Positions 1 to 9,389 of a stretch of 60,347 nucleotides of DNA are shown in pieces. The stretch's first letter is position 1. Each line of letters begins with the position of its first letter. Both the position numbers and the translations under genes were made by a program. The stretch covers positions 1 through 60,347 of the forward strand of contig JAFGPG010000057.1 of NCBI GenBank assembly GCA_016926075.1, given 5' to 3'. Source of the stretch: Methanomassiliicoccales archaeon (GTDB lineage Archaea; Thermoplasmatota; Thermoplasmata; Methanomassiliicoccales; UBA472). The notes under the pieces are model-generated. The model was not told where the DNA came from. It worked only from the letters and a program-made list of their open reading frames with translations, and did no database searches.

Positions 1-507
1 CTGCGGCAGATCCTGGCGGAAGGGGAGGACTTCGATCTCCTCACCATGGGGAGGCCGGAGGGCCCGGGCTGCTATTGCTACGTGAACGACCTGCTGCGGC
101 TTTTCGTGGACCGGCTGATGAGCTCGTACGACCACGTGGTCATCGACAACGAGGCGGGCATGGAGCACCTTTCCAGGCGCACGGCCAGGGACATCGACCT
201 CCTCCTGCTGGTCTCCGATCCCACCCCGGTGGGGGTGAACACTGCCAAGCGCCTCTCGGACCTGGCCGACGAGCTATCGTTGAAGGTCAGGAGAAGGTTC
301 CTGCTGATCAACGGCCTACGTCCCGGGGAGGAGGCCCGCGCCCGGGAACTGGCGGCCGTCACCGACCTGGACCACGTGGTCCTGCACGAGGATGAAAGTG
401 TACGACAGGCCTCCTTCGAGGGCCTTCCGCTCACAGGGGACGGGTCCCTCGCCCAAGAGGTACGGACCCTCATCGCGGAGTTCTTCCCCTCCAGTAAGCG
501 AAAATGA
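1..507 (+). CDS. cooC: CooC/AcsF-type nickel-insertion accessory ATPase, C-terminal part (5' end lies left of the window)
   Basis: Frame 1 is open from nt 1 (LRQILAEGEDFDLLTMGRPEGPGCYCYVN...). It has the CxC metal-bridging motif and the MinD-like DNEAGMEHL segment typical of CooC, and lies next to ACS genes. Confidence 0.8.
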   Translation: MRQILAEGEDFDLLTMGRPEGPGCYCYVNDLLRLFVDRLMSSYDHVVIDNEAGMEHLSRRTARDIDLLLLVSDPTPVGVNTAKRLSDLADELSLKVRRRFLLINGLRPGEEARARELAAVTDLDHVVLHEDESVRQASFEGLPLTGDGSLAQEVRTLIAEFFPSSKRK

Positions 508-910
508 GGGTGACCACGGTCACCGTCAGTATCACGCTCATGACCAGGACGGGCAGGTCGTCCGAGGGCGGTGGCACCTCCACCACCTCGCTCCTCGCCC
601 CCTCCCCATTGCTGAAGTTGGCGCTGATGGCGTAATAGTACGTCGTCCCGCGCAGCACCTCCAGGTCGTAGCCGGCGGTGTAGTTGACGTCCACGGAATC
701 GTAGAAGGTGAGGTTGTCCGGTTCCATGCCCCGGTAAATGTTGTAATGCAGCACCGTTCCCTCCAATGGAGGCTGCCAGGACAGGAGTATGCGGCCGCCC
801 TCCCGTACCGCGCGGAAGTCCGTCGGGACCTCCGACCCCCCTACGGAGGCGGTCCCCGCAGCCAGTAACAGAAAGGTCAGAAGGAGGACCAGAACGCCAC
901 GTCGATGCAC
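470..910 (-). CDS. small membrane-anchored fibronectin type III (FN3) domain protein
   Basis: 146 aa. N-terminal hydrophobic signal/anchor (VLVLLLTFLLLAAG), one FN3-like module (LSWQPP...YNIYRG...TTYYYAISA) like the repeats of the 1369-aa protein at 39269, then a C-terminal TM helix and basic tail. The 3' end overlaps cooC by 38 nt (convergent). Confidence 0.6.
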   Translation of the reverse strand: MHRRGVLVLLLTFLLLAAGTASVGGSEVPTDFRAVREGGRILLSWQPPLEGTVLHYNIYRGMEPDNLTFYDSVDVNYTAGYDLEVLRGTTYYYAISANFSNGEGARSEVVEVPPPSDDLPVLVMSVILTVTVVTLIFAYWRGRTPR

Positions 911-1007
911 GGATGGACATGGTCCAGACGGTTCAAAATGCTTTTTGCGGTTCCGGAAAGATCGGATGAGATGCCCCGCACCACACCTGTCCGTATGCCC
1001 AGCCGCC

Positions 1008-2333
1008 CTATTCCAAGGACCTCAGGAACTTTGGAAGCCCGGAGGACTCCTTGGGACCGACGATGATGTGCAGACCGGTGGCATCGTTCAGCTTGACGCT
1101 CATGCGGGCCACCATGCCCGGTATGACCAGGACCCCCTTGCTGGACCTTTGGAGCGCACCGCTGGCCTCGAGGGCCGCCTGGACCGATCCGGCGGTGAGC
1201 TTGCCCGCGGAGTAGGCTGTGAGTACCGACAACCCCTCGGTGTCCACCACCTGGAGCCAGACAGGCACCTTGCTCTTCTCTATGTCCGAGAGCACGGTGA
1301 AGTAGGTCAGGGAGAAGTTGGTGGTGAACAGCAGCGGCGCCTCCGGCCCGGGATTGTTGACCGGGTAGAGGTCCGGCCTCACCTGAATGGGGACCTGGGG
1401 GTCCGTATAGATGTTCTGCCGCAGCACCATCAAGGGAAGCGCGTTCGCCGCCGGCAGCCCCTCGAACGACAGCAGGCTCCCGTATTTCATCACCGCGGTC
1501 GAGGCCATCAGCATGCCGTCCCGACCCTCCGGGATGCCCAGGTATATGGGATATCCCAATCCCCGGAAGGTCTTGCGTATGGCGCTGCGCCGGATGACGG
1601 TGCAGCGTTCCAGGAGCTCCTTGAGATTGGTGGCCAGGGGGTCCAGCACCAGGTCCTCGACGCCCTCCTGGCGGGCAGAGGCCGCCAGATCCGCCAGCTC
1701 TTCCAGGTCCGCGGCGCACACCACCAGGGGACATCCAGCGGCCTTGGCCAGAGCCGCCATCCCCTTCAGGTTGGCTGTGGAGGCGCCGTGCAGCAAGGGC
1801 CTCCGGTCCTTGACCATCTCTACGGCGGCCGACATGACCGCAGGGTCGCCGCAACGCAGCATCAACGGCCATTCGATGGCCTCGGCCACCGTGCGCACGA
1901 ATGAGGCGAACCTCTCCGGGTCCCCGGAGCGGCACTCCACCTCCACCGCGTCCATCCTGAGCACCTGACCCACGCGCTCGAAGCACAGGGAACGGGCGTA
2001 GGCCAATCTCCCTTCCAACCCCTCGCTGTCCAGGTCGTCCGCCACCCTCAGGGCGAAGGCCGTGGGATGGAAGAAGCGCTTGTCATGCCGGTACAGCTCC
2101 GTCTCGTCGCCCATCTCCAGTGCGTTCTCGCCCCCTCCCACCCTCACCAGGCGTATGGGGGGCGCGGAGGACCCGGCCAGGGCTGCGCGCCCCTCGTCGC
2201 TGAGATAGGGGCAGTCCTCCAGCTTGGCCTTGTTGTTGGCCAGCTGCATGGCGAAGGCCAGGCAGGTGGGGTACTTGCACTCCCCGCAGTTCTTCTTGGG
2301 GAGATGCTTAAAGATCTCGATGGCGGTGGGCAT
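1008..2333 (-). CDS. acsC: corrinoid iron-sulfur protein large subunit (AcsC / CdhE gamma)
   Basis: Internal ATG of the 509-aa ORF gives MPTAIEIFKHLPKKNCGECKYPTCLAFAMQLANNKAKLEDC, the CX2CX4CX16C [4Fe-4S] motif at the AcsC/CdhE N terminus. The ATG overlaps the acsD stop (ATGA). The upstream 68 codons are G/P/R-rich junk. Confidence 0.9.
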   Translation of the reverse strand: MPTAIEIFKHLPKKNCGECKYPTCLAFAMQLANNKAKLEDCPYLSDEGRAALAGSSAPPIRLVRVGGGENALEMGDETELYRHDKRFFHPTAFALRVADDLDSEGLEGRLAYARSLCFERVGQVLRMDAVEVECRSGDPERFASFVRTVAEAIEWPLMLRCGDPAVMSAAVEMVKDRRPLLHGASTANLKGMAALAKAAGCPLVVCAADLEELADLAASARQEGVEDLVLDPLATNLKELLERCTVIRRSAIRKTFRGLGYPIYLGIPEGRDGMLMASTAVMKYGSLLSFEGLPAANALPLMVLRQNIYTDPQVPIQVRPDLYPVNNPGPEAPLLFTTNFSLTYFTVLSDIEKSKVPVWLQVVDTEGLSVLTAYSAGKLTAGSVQAALEASGALQRSSKGVLVIPGMVARMSVKLNDATGLHIIVGPKESSGLPKFLRSLE

Positions 2334-3283
2334 CAGGCCTCCCCCCGAAGCCCCTTGACCGCCCGGCGGGCCAGCTCCATGGCCTCCGGATGGGCCAACA
2401 CCAGCAGGTCCGCCCCGGAGAGAAGGGCGGCCAGCGCCGTGGTGGCCTCCCACCACACGCCCCTTTCCAAGGTGTCCCCGGCCTGGGGGATATCGTCCGT
2501 GGCCTCCCGGGCCTTCCAGGACGAGCTGCAGTCGCATATCATGGGCACCTGCAGCATGCCGTCACCGCTCAACGCCGCCAGGCGGATGCGCTCGTTGACC
2601 GAGTAGGAGTATTCCAGTCCCATGCCCAATGCCGCCATGAGGGGGTCTATGACGATGTCCCCCTTCCCCACCCCGAAGTCCGTGAGCAGGATGACGATCT
2701 GCTTGGCCAGGTTGATGTCCAGATTGGAGAAGCCGATGACCGCGTGCCCGTTGGCCATGGCCGCGGCGGCGATCGATTTATATCCGCCCTCCTCGGCGTG
2801 GCCCAAGAGCAGACGCTCCCCCCTGGCCCTCTCCCCCACCAGCTCCAGCACCTTGGCGTCCTTCTCCTCGTGCCCGCTCCCGTACACGATGAGCGGCAGG
2901 GGCACGGCCCTCAGCACGGCCAGGACGGTCTCCGCCGCGCTCTCGGGGGAGGCGTCCCCCTCCTCAGGGTTGGTGGAGGTCAGGCGCAGGCAGACGAGGT
3001 CCGCACCGCGGGAGGCCCAGGCACGGGCCCATCTCACCGGATCGCCAGCATCTTCCCCGAAGGCGTCCCGCACCGGCTGGGGCACATCCTCCAGGGAGTC
3101 GGCCACCAGTCCGGCCAGGGCCACCGTGCGGGGTGTGGCGTCCTCGAAGGACAGGAACGGCGCTCCCTGGTTACCTCCCAGTCGCACCGGTTCCCTGCTC
3201 CCTCCTTTCTCCCTTGGGACACCCAGCTCCAGCTCGCCTATCGCGCCTGTCCACTTCTCCTTGGGCACCGGTACCTTCGTCAC
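2333..3283 (-). CDS. acsD: corrinoid iron-sulfur protein small subunit (AcsD / CdhD delta), bacterial-size (316 aa)
   Basis: TIM-barrel-like CFeSP small-subunit sequence (LVCLRLTSTNPEEGD, PLIVYGSGHEEKD, IDPLMAALGMGLEYSYS). GTG start 9 nt after the acsB stop, preceded by a GGTGA RBS. Confidence 0.85.
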   Translation of the reverse strand: MTKVPVPKEKWTGAIGELELGVPREKGGSREPVRLGGNQGAPFLSFEDATPRTVALAGLVADSLEDVPQPVRDAFGEDAGDPVRWARAWASRGADLVCLRLTSTNPEEGDASPESAAETVLAVLRAVPLPLIVYGSGHEEKDAKVLELVGERARGERLLLGHAEEGGYKSIAAAAMANGHAVIGFSNLDINLAKQIVILLTDFGVGKGDIVIDPLMAALGMGLEYSYSVNERIRLAALSGDGMLQVPMICDCSSSWKAREATDDIPQAGDTLERGVWWEATTALAALLSGADLLVLAHPEAMELARRAVKGLRGEA

Positions 3284-3292
3284 GCTCTCACC

Positions 3293-6200
3293 TCACAGCA
3301 AGGGGGGCATCCGCAGGGCGGGATGGTCCACCTCGAGCATCCATCTCATCAATCCCTCGGCGTCGGTGACCTTGGTCTCGTCGGCCACCTTTTCCAGGAA
3401 ATCGGGCACACCCAATTCCCTGGCCCTATTAATAAGCTCCTCCCTCATGTCCTCCTTGAGGGAGGAGGGCATCCAGGAGATGCGCAGGAAACCGCCGTCG
3501 GCGGAGATGAACTTCTTGCTCACCAGATAACGGCGCCCCACGCCGATGAAGCCCGGGGTCTGCCTGCCCCCTCCGATGTTGCCGGCCAAGGTGGTGAACC
3601 TCATGCCCACCGGGGTAATGTCCGGGAACTCCCGGTTCACCACGATGACTGACTGCATGTCCGGGCTCATGGCCACGATGCACTCGAAGCAGCCGCAGGA
3701 GGTCATGGGGTCCTCCATCATGCTATAGGCGCAGAAACGTGCTATCTTACCGTGCGTCAGGGAGGCCACCGCGTCGTTGACCCCCTCCCAGGAACCCTTT
3801 GACGCGTCCTCCACCTCCCCCTTCGGGATGGGCTGGTTGGGACCGGAGGGCACTATCTCCCTGCCCGTCCGGGCGTCCAACCAGTTGATGGCCCCGCATA
3901 GCCCCGGCCGCTCGGGAGTGATCACGCACACGTGGTCCGGGGCGAAGGACTGGCACATGAGGCAGGAGTAGAAGGTGTCCACGCTCTCGTCGGTCAGCCC
4001 CGCCATGCGCTCCTCCCTTTCCCTATACGCCGTCAGGGCCTCCGGCAACCTCCTCTCCAGCTCCTGCTGGTCGGTGACGATGGTCACCTGCACCCGGGAC
4101 ACGATGTTCCCGAACTCCTCCTTGAGCTTGGTGACCAGTATGTTCCCCAGGTGTCTTAGGCGGAGACCGGCCCGGAACGCCTTCTTGCTCAAACGCACCC
4201 AGTTCAGGTTCCTCTGCCCGGTATGCCATAGGCCCTCGGCGTAATTGAGGTAGAGATGGATACGGCGCTCCATGACCGACTCGAAATCCCTCTGCATGCG
4301 CTTGCCGAAGACGTCCACCAGTATCGCCATGGGGGACTGCGAGCCCTCCGGCATGCTATCCACGTCCGCACCGATGACCCGGACTTCCCCGTCCCGTACC
4401 TGGTCCTCGGGCCTGCACATCAGCAGCTCGAAGGAGGCGGTGCGCCCGCCCCCCGCTTCCAGATAGGTGTCCGGCCGGCGTACCGTCTCTCCCTCGAAGG
4501 CCGGTCCGAAGGGAACCGGGACGTCCACCTCGGTCATCGCCACCCGTATGTCCCGCGCTTCCAGACCGCCCTGCAGCATGTCCTCTGGTCCCTTATGGAA
4601 CAACAGGTCCGGCACCCCCTCCACCAGCTGGTCGGTGACGATGGGCACGTGGTGCGTCAGCGCGGCCAGGGCCATGGCCGCCCGGCAGGCGTCCAGGTGG
4701 CCGAAGTGCAGCACGAAGGCCTTGGGCCTCTTGGCCAGGTAGGCGGAGAGGCGCTCCGCGTCCCCCTTCTGCACCCCTCCGAAGGAGAGAGCGGCCCGGA
4801 CGATGAAGTCCAGGGCGTGCACCAGTTGGGTGAAGTCGCCCAGAGGGTAGAGCATCATCCCCAGCCCCATCTGCACCTCCTTCTCCCGCAGCACCTCCAC
4901 CACCTCGTCCACGGCCATGATGAGCATGCCCCGGGCCTGCAGCTGACGGACGGTGTCCAGCAGCTGTCGGCCGTCCTGCGGCGCCCCCATGAGCACCGCC
5001 GCACCCGGTATGGTGTCGTCCACGAAGGCCAGCCCCAGCTCGCGCAGCACCCTGTCCGGGACGAAGCCCACGGTAGCCGTGCCCGCGTGCGGGTCCCCGT
5101 CCAGGTAGCGTAGCGCCTCAAGGACTTCCGTAGCCAACAGGGCGCGGCGTCCGGCCTCCAACGCATCCTCCAACCCCCGTCCCGAGGGCAATCGGGAATG
5201 ACCGTTCACCAGCTCCAGAAGTTCCTCGGTATCGGTCACCTCGATCCCGTTCCAACCCAGGGCGCACGGTAGACCGTAGGCCGTCCCTGGATATTCCACG
5301 GGCACATTCCCCCTCCTTCGCAGGGCAGAGAGGACGCCGACCCGAGCAAGGGCCAACAGCAGCTCCGCGCCGTGGAACCCCAGGGCGATCACCTGGGCGT
5401 TGCTGACCTGGGCGGGGGCCGGAGGCGCGTAGCGATGAGGAAGCCCGCACATCCAGCGACGACGTTCCATCTCCCGTGAGAAGGACGCCTGGTCGAAGTG
5501 CAAGACCCCCCCAAAGAGGTCCCGGCAGGTATGGGCGAAGAACTCTCGGGCCGGATCGTCCATGTGCTTTCCGAGGTAGAGCACGGGAAACCCCATCAGC
5601 ACCTGTTCCAGCGCCAGGGCTAGGTCGGCGGTGCGCGCTCCCACGGGAAGATGGGAGAAGGGGGCACCCCATTTGCGGGACAGCTCCCTGCGCAATCGTC
5701 CCAGCGCCAGGTACGTGTCTTCCCGTCCCCCCTCCATCAAGGGAGGTCGGCCATCGGTCCCCGACAGGCTCCAGCGCTCGCCCTCCCCCTGCCATACCAC
5801 ACCTCGGATGAGCCCCTCGGCCATTTCATGACCGCTATCGGAAGGGAGATGCTCCTGTTCCGGTACCTCCTGCACGGCCATCAGGCATCGGCCCAGCATG
5901 GCCCAGGCCAGGGACTCCCGCAAGGCCAGGATGAGAAGGTAGGCCTCCTCATCAGGGATATCTTCCAGGGGGGCGAGCAGCCCGAAACGTTCCCAGTCCC
6001 TGCTTTCCCGTGGGGCCCAAGGCTCCAGGCCCGCGGCCTTTGACAGGTCCCTGGAGGTCAGTTCCAGGCAGAGGGAGAGGTCTACGGACCACAGGTCCTC
6101 CGTCCACAGCAGGTCCCCGATCCGGCGAACAATGTCCCCCACCACACCATGGCCGGGGTTCCGTTCCAGCAAGGCCAAGCGACCCTTCCGAGCGGACCGC

Positions 6201-6355
6201 AGATCTCTCACGATATCCTTGGTCGAGATGGCACAGCTGTCCACTGGGTCTTCGGTCAATCGAACCTCTCCTCCGAAAGACCATCGTTCTACCCACGATA
6301 TAAATGTGTACCGGCTTTGACCATCGCGAGGTGACGGAACTAGGGTTCGATGCAC
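3293..6355 (-). CDS. acsB: acetyl-CoA synthase catalytic subunit (AcsB / CdhC beta), bacterial three-domain type with an extra ~300-aa N-terminal segment
   Basis: A-cluster motifs are present (CLMCQSFAPDHVCVITPERPGLCGAINW and MTSCGCFECI). A bacterial-type N-domain is present (VEYPGTAYGLP...FGPAFEGE). The frame is open to a GTG at 6355. Alternative starts are a TTG at 6259 (GGAGGAGAGG RBS 5 nt upstream, TATA at 6298-6305) or internal ATGs at 5470/5452, which would give a canonical ~725-aa protein. Confidence 0.9.
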   Translation of the reverse strand: MHRTLVPSPRDGQSRYTFISWVERWSFGGEVRLTEDPVDSCAISTKDIVRDLRSARKGRLALLERNPGHGVVGDIVRRIGDLLWTEDLWSVDLSLCLELTSRDLSKAAGLEPWAPRESRDWERFGLLAPLEDIPDEEAYLLILALRESLAWAMLGRCLMAVQEVPEQEHLPSDSGHEMAEGLIRGVVWQGEGERWSLSGTDGRPPLMEGGREDTYLALGRLRRELSRKWGAPFSHLPVGARTADLALALEQVLMGFPVLYLGKHMDDPAREFFAHTCRDLFGGVLHFDQASFSREMERRRWMCGLPHRYAPPAPAQVSNAQVIALGFHGAELLLALARVGVLSALRRRGNVPVEYPGTAYGLPCALGWNGIEVTDTEELLELVNGHSRLPSGRGLEDALEAGRRALLATEVLEALRYLDGDPHAGTATVGFVPDRVLRELGLAFVDDTIPGAAVLMGAPQDGRQLLDTVRQLQARGMLIMAVDEVVEVLREKEVQMGLGMMLYPLGDFTQLVHALDFIVRAALSFGGVQKGDAERLSAYLAKRPKAFVLHFGHLDACRAAMALAALTHHVPIVTDQLVEGVPDLLFHKGPEDMLQGGLEARDIRVAMTEVDVPVPFGPAFEGETVRRPDTYLEAGGGRTASFELLMCRPEDQVRDGEVRVIGADVDSMPEGSQSPMAILVDVFGKRMQRDFESVMERRIHLYLNYAEGLWHTGQRNLNWVRLSKKAFRAGLRLRHLGNILVTKLKEEFGNIVSRVQVTIVTDQQELERRLPEALTAYREREERMAGLTDESVDTFYSCLMCQSFAPDHVCVITPERPGLCGAINWLDARTGREIVPSGPNQPIPKGEVEDASKGSWEGVNDAVASLTHGKIARFCAYSMMEDPMTSCGCFECIVAMSPDMQSVIVVNREFPDITPVGMRFTTLAGNIGGGRQTPGFIGVGRRYLVSKKFISADGGFLRISWMPSSLKEDMREELINRARELGVPDFLEKVADETKVTDAEGLMRWMLEVDHPALRMPPLL
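6298..6305. promoter_or_regulatory. TATA-like box (ATATAAAT / ATTTATAT) in the acsB - aldehyde dehydrogenase divergent region
   Basis: The only A/T octamer in the region. On the minus strand it lies about 23 nt upstream of the GGAGG that precedes the TTG at 6259. Confidence 0.4.
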
Positions 6356-6398
6356 TTAATACGGAGCCCCGTCATATGAATGGGAGAGGGGAAAAGAG

Positions 6399-7973
6399 AT
6401 GAGCTTCAGGAACCAGAATACGTACGAGGTCATGGTCAGGGAAGGTGAGGGGTCGGCGTTCCACTCCCGCTTCGAAAGGGCGGTGGAGCGTTTCGAGCAG
6501 TCCCTGGAGGTGGTGACCAGGTACGATAGCATCGTGGACGGAAGGCCGATGTCCAACGGCAAGTACCTCAGGGACACCAGTCCCATGGACACCGGACTGG
6601 TCCTGGGGGAGTTCTCCTCGGGAGGCGAGCAGGAGGCCGCCGCGGCCATCGATGCCGCCCGCCGGGCCTTCGTCACCTGGTCGGTGATGGACCTCGACAA
6701 AAGGTTGGCCATCTTCCGCAAGGCGGCCGAGATCATGCGCCGCGAGCTGTTCGAGCTGGCCGCGGCCATATGCTACGACGACGGCAAGAACCGCTACGAG
6801 GCGGTGGGAGAGGTGGACGAGGCCATCGACTTCATCTCCTACTACACGGAACAGATGGAGCTCAATGACGGGTTCCGGGAGAAGAGACCTCCGGCATACG
6901 ATGATGAAAGCCCCATCAGCGTCATGCGCCCCTATGGAGTGTGGGCGGTGGTCTGTCCCTTCAACTTCCCCATCGCCATCACCACCGGCATGCTCACCGC
7001 GGCCATCATCACCGGTAACACCGCTGTGCTCAAGCCCTCCACCGTCGCCCCCCTGGGCGTGCACATGGTCTATGACGTGTACGAGCGAGCGGGCATCCCT
7101 CCGGGGGTCATCAACCTGCTGTCCGGGCCCGGCTCCACGGCCGGACAGGCCCTCGTCTCCAGCGAGCGCATCGACGGCATCGCCTTCACCGGTTCCAAGG
7201 AGGTGGGATATCGCCTGCTGGCCTCCTCCCTGCGCCAGTACCCCATACCGGTGATCACTGAGATGGGAGGCAAGAACCCGGCCATTGTGACCGACAAGGC
7301 CGACCTGGCCAAGGCGGTGGCCGGTGTGGCCTCATCCGCCTTCGGCTTCGGCGGGCAGAAGTGCAGCGCCTGCTCCAGGGCCTACGTGCACGAACTGATC
7401 TACGATGAGTTCATGGTGAACCTGCTCAGGCAGGTCTCCCGTATGAAGGTGGGGGACCCCCGGGAGAAGGACACCTACATGGGGCCGGTCATACACCAGA
7501 AGGCGGTGGACGATTACCTCTCCTATGCCGACCTGGCCCGAAGGGACGGGGTGGTGCATCTGGGAGGGGAAAGGCTGGGTGGGGAGCTGAGCAAGGGGTA
7601 TTACGTGCAGCCCACTGTCGTGGGCAGCCTGCCAGAGTCCCATCGGCTGATCAAGAACGAGCTCTTCCTACCCTTCCTGTGCGTGCAGCGCTTCACAGAC
7701 CTGAAGGACGCGGTGAGGAGGGCCAACGACGTGGACTACGGACTGACCTCTGGCATATACTCCCGGGACCCGGAGGAGGTACGGTACTTCTTCGAGAACA
7801 TGGAGGCCGGGGTCTGCTATGCCAACAGGGCCCGGGGGGCCACCACCGCGGCCATGGTGGGGGCTCAGCCCTTCGGTGGCTGGAAGGGCAGTGGGTCGAC
7901 CGGGACGGGCAGCGGTACCGCCCTGTACCTGACCCAGTACATGAAGCAGCAGAGCAGGACCACGGTGCACTGA
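6399..7973 (+). CDS. NAD(P)-dependent aldehyde dehydrogenase, 1-pyrroline-5-carboxylate dehydrogenase-like
   Basis: 524 aa with the ALDH catalytic motifs ITEMGGKNP (Glu) and FGFGGQKCSACSR (Cys). An AAAAGAG purine-rich stretch lies before the ATG. The P5C-DH subfamily assignment is by overall resemblance only. Confidence 0.85.
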   Translation: MSFRNQNTYEVMVREGEGSAFHSRFERAVERFEQSLEVVTRYDSIVDGRPMSNGKYLRDTSPMDTGLVLGEFSSGGEQEAAAAIDAARRAFVTWSVMDLDKRLAIFRKAAEIMRRELFELAAAICYDDGKNRYEAVGEVDEAIDFISYYTEQMELNDGFREKRPPAYDDESPISVMRPYGVWAVVCPFNFPIAITTGMLTAAIITGNTAVLKPSTVAPLGVHMVYDVYERAGIPPGVINLLSGPGSTAGQALVSSERIDGIAFTGSKEVGYRLLASSLRQYPIPVITEMGGKNPAIVTDKADLAKAVAGVASSAFGFGGQKCSACSRAYVHELIYDEFMVNLLRQVSRMKVGDPREKDTYMGPVIHQKAVDDYLSYADLARRDGVVHLGGERLGGELSKGYYVQPTVVGSLPESHRLIKNELFLPFLCVQRFTDLKDAVRRANDVDYGLTSGIYSRDPEEVRYFFENMEAGVCYANRARGATTAAMVGAQPFGGWKGSGSTGTGSGTALYLTQYMKQQSRTTVH

Positions 7974-8453
7974 TCATCCAGCGGCGGCCAAGACCCGCTC
8001 CCCGCCATTGCTGACGAGGAGCACGCCGCACCTGCTGAAGACCTGGAAGGGGTCCGGAAGGCACTCCCTGATACCGGTCCTGCCCCTTTCACCAAGGGTC
8101 CGAATGGCGCTCATCAGCTGCTCGCACATGGAGCGAGGGCTTCCGGCCTTCTCCAGATAGAAATCGGCACCGTTCTGCAGCGCATCGATGGCCAGCTCCT
8201 CCCGGCCGTTACCGATGAGCATGACGAAGGGTATGCGCCGGCACATGGACCGCAGCGCTCTCAGGAACTGAAGGCCGTCCATGCCCGGAAGGGAATGGTC
8301 GGAGACTATGACCTGATAGTCACCCTCCGCAGCCATCTCCAGGGCCTTGGCAGGAGAAGAGACGTACTCCGCATGCATGGTCTCACATCCCCTGAGGAAT
8401 TTTCGGCACAGGTCCAAAAAGGCGACCTCATCATCCAACACCAGCACCCTCAT
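7974..8453 (-). CDS. stand-alone response-regulator receiver domain protein
   Basis: MRVLVLDDE...VIVSDHSLPGMDG...FVMLIG is a CheY-like receiver with acidic pocket and phospho-Asp. No output domain and no adjacent kinase. The ORF could also start at 8486. Confidence 0.8.
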   Translation of the reverse strand: MRVLVLDDEVAFLDLCRKFLRGCETMHAEYVSSPAKALEMAAEGDYQVIVSDHSLPGMDGLQFLRALRSMCRRIPFVMLIGNGREELAIDALQNGADFYLEKAGSPRSMCEQLMSAIRTLGERGRTGIRECLPDPFQVFSRCGVLLVSNGGERVLAAAG

Positions 8454-8605
8454 CTTGGACGAAGGTTCGGACACGCAATCCACCATCCCGATACGAACTA
8501 GCCTATCTGGTATATCTAACTGTCCCTCTCCTTATCGAAAGCGAAGGGCAGGACTCAGGACGATAGAATTATTATCGCATGAACCGCTAATCGCGTAGGG
8601 AGAAC

Positions 8606-9187
8606 ATGTTAGGACTGGAGAACATCGTGGGCAAGGAGATCATCACCGCGGACGCCATCATCTTGGGGACTGTGGAGGGCATAGCGCTGGACACCGACCT
8701 GTGGAAGGTGCCCGCCATCAGGGTCAGCGTGAAGAAGGGCAACGAGGCCGCCCTCAACCTGAAGAAGAAGACCCTGGGGGTCCAGAGGGTGCACGTGGTC
8801 ACCCCTCAGGTGTCGTCGGTCAGCGACACGGTCACGCTGGCCATCAAGATGGACAACATCAAGGAGGTCCTGATGGATGACCAGAAGGTGCCCATGGCCG
8901 CCGGGGAGCTTTTAAACAAGAAGGTGGTGGCCCATGACGGAAAGCAGATCGGATATTTGGATAACGTTTACTTCGAACCATCACAGGGGTGGGACGTGAC
9001 CAAGGTCAGTATCAAGCTGGATAAGACGGCCAAGCAGGCACTGGGCCTCAAGAAGGGCGTCGCCCCCTCCTCACAGATCGTCGTGCTGACCAAGGACATC
9101 AAGACGGTGGGGGACATGGTCATGCTGCGCTTGGACCTGGAAGGACTGAAGGATTACCTGCAGAAGAAGCCAGTATCCAAGAAATGA
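8606..9187 (+). CDS. PRC-barrel domain protein (two PRC-like modules)
   Basis: 193 aa. Repeated pattern: VGKEIITADAIILGTVEGIALDTDLWKV and LNKKVVAHDGKQIGYLDNVYFEPSQGWDV. Confidence 0.7.
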   Translation: MLGLENIVGKEIITADAIILGTVEGIALDTDLWKVPAIRVSVKKGNEAALNLKKKTLGVQRVHVVTPQVSSVSDTVTLAIKMDNIKEVLMDDQKVPMAAGELLNKKVVAHDGKQIGYLDNVYFEPSQGWDVTKVSIKLDKTAKQALGLKKGVAPSSQIVVLTKDIKTVGDMVMLRLDLEGLKDYLQKKPVSKK

Positions 9188-9389
9188 GATTCGAGCGCGT
9201 CAAACGTCCATAGGCCGATGACCTCCAGGACAATGGGAAGGGACGCGGCGTACGCCCGATTGGAGAGATGCACGCGACGTCACCACCGGGACCGTTACAG
9301 GTCGGAACCGTTCGTAGGGCCCCGAAAAGGGGAGCGGGTCCGACCCCGCGGTCGCAACCCATATCATCGAGGGGATCACTATCCCGGTC

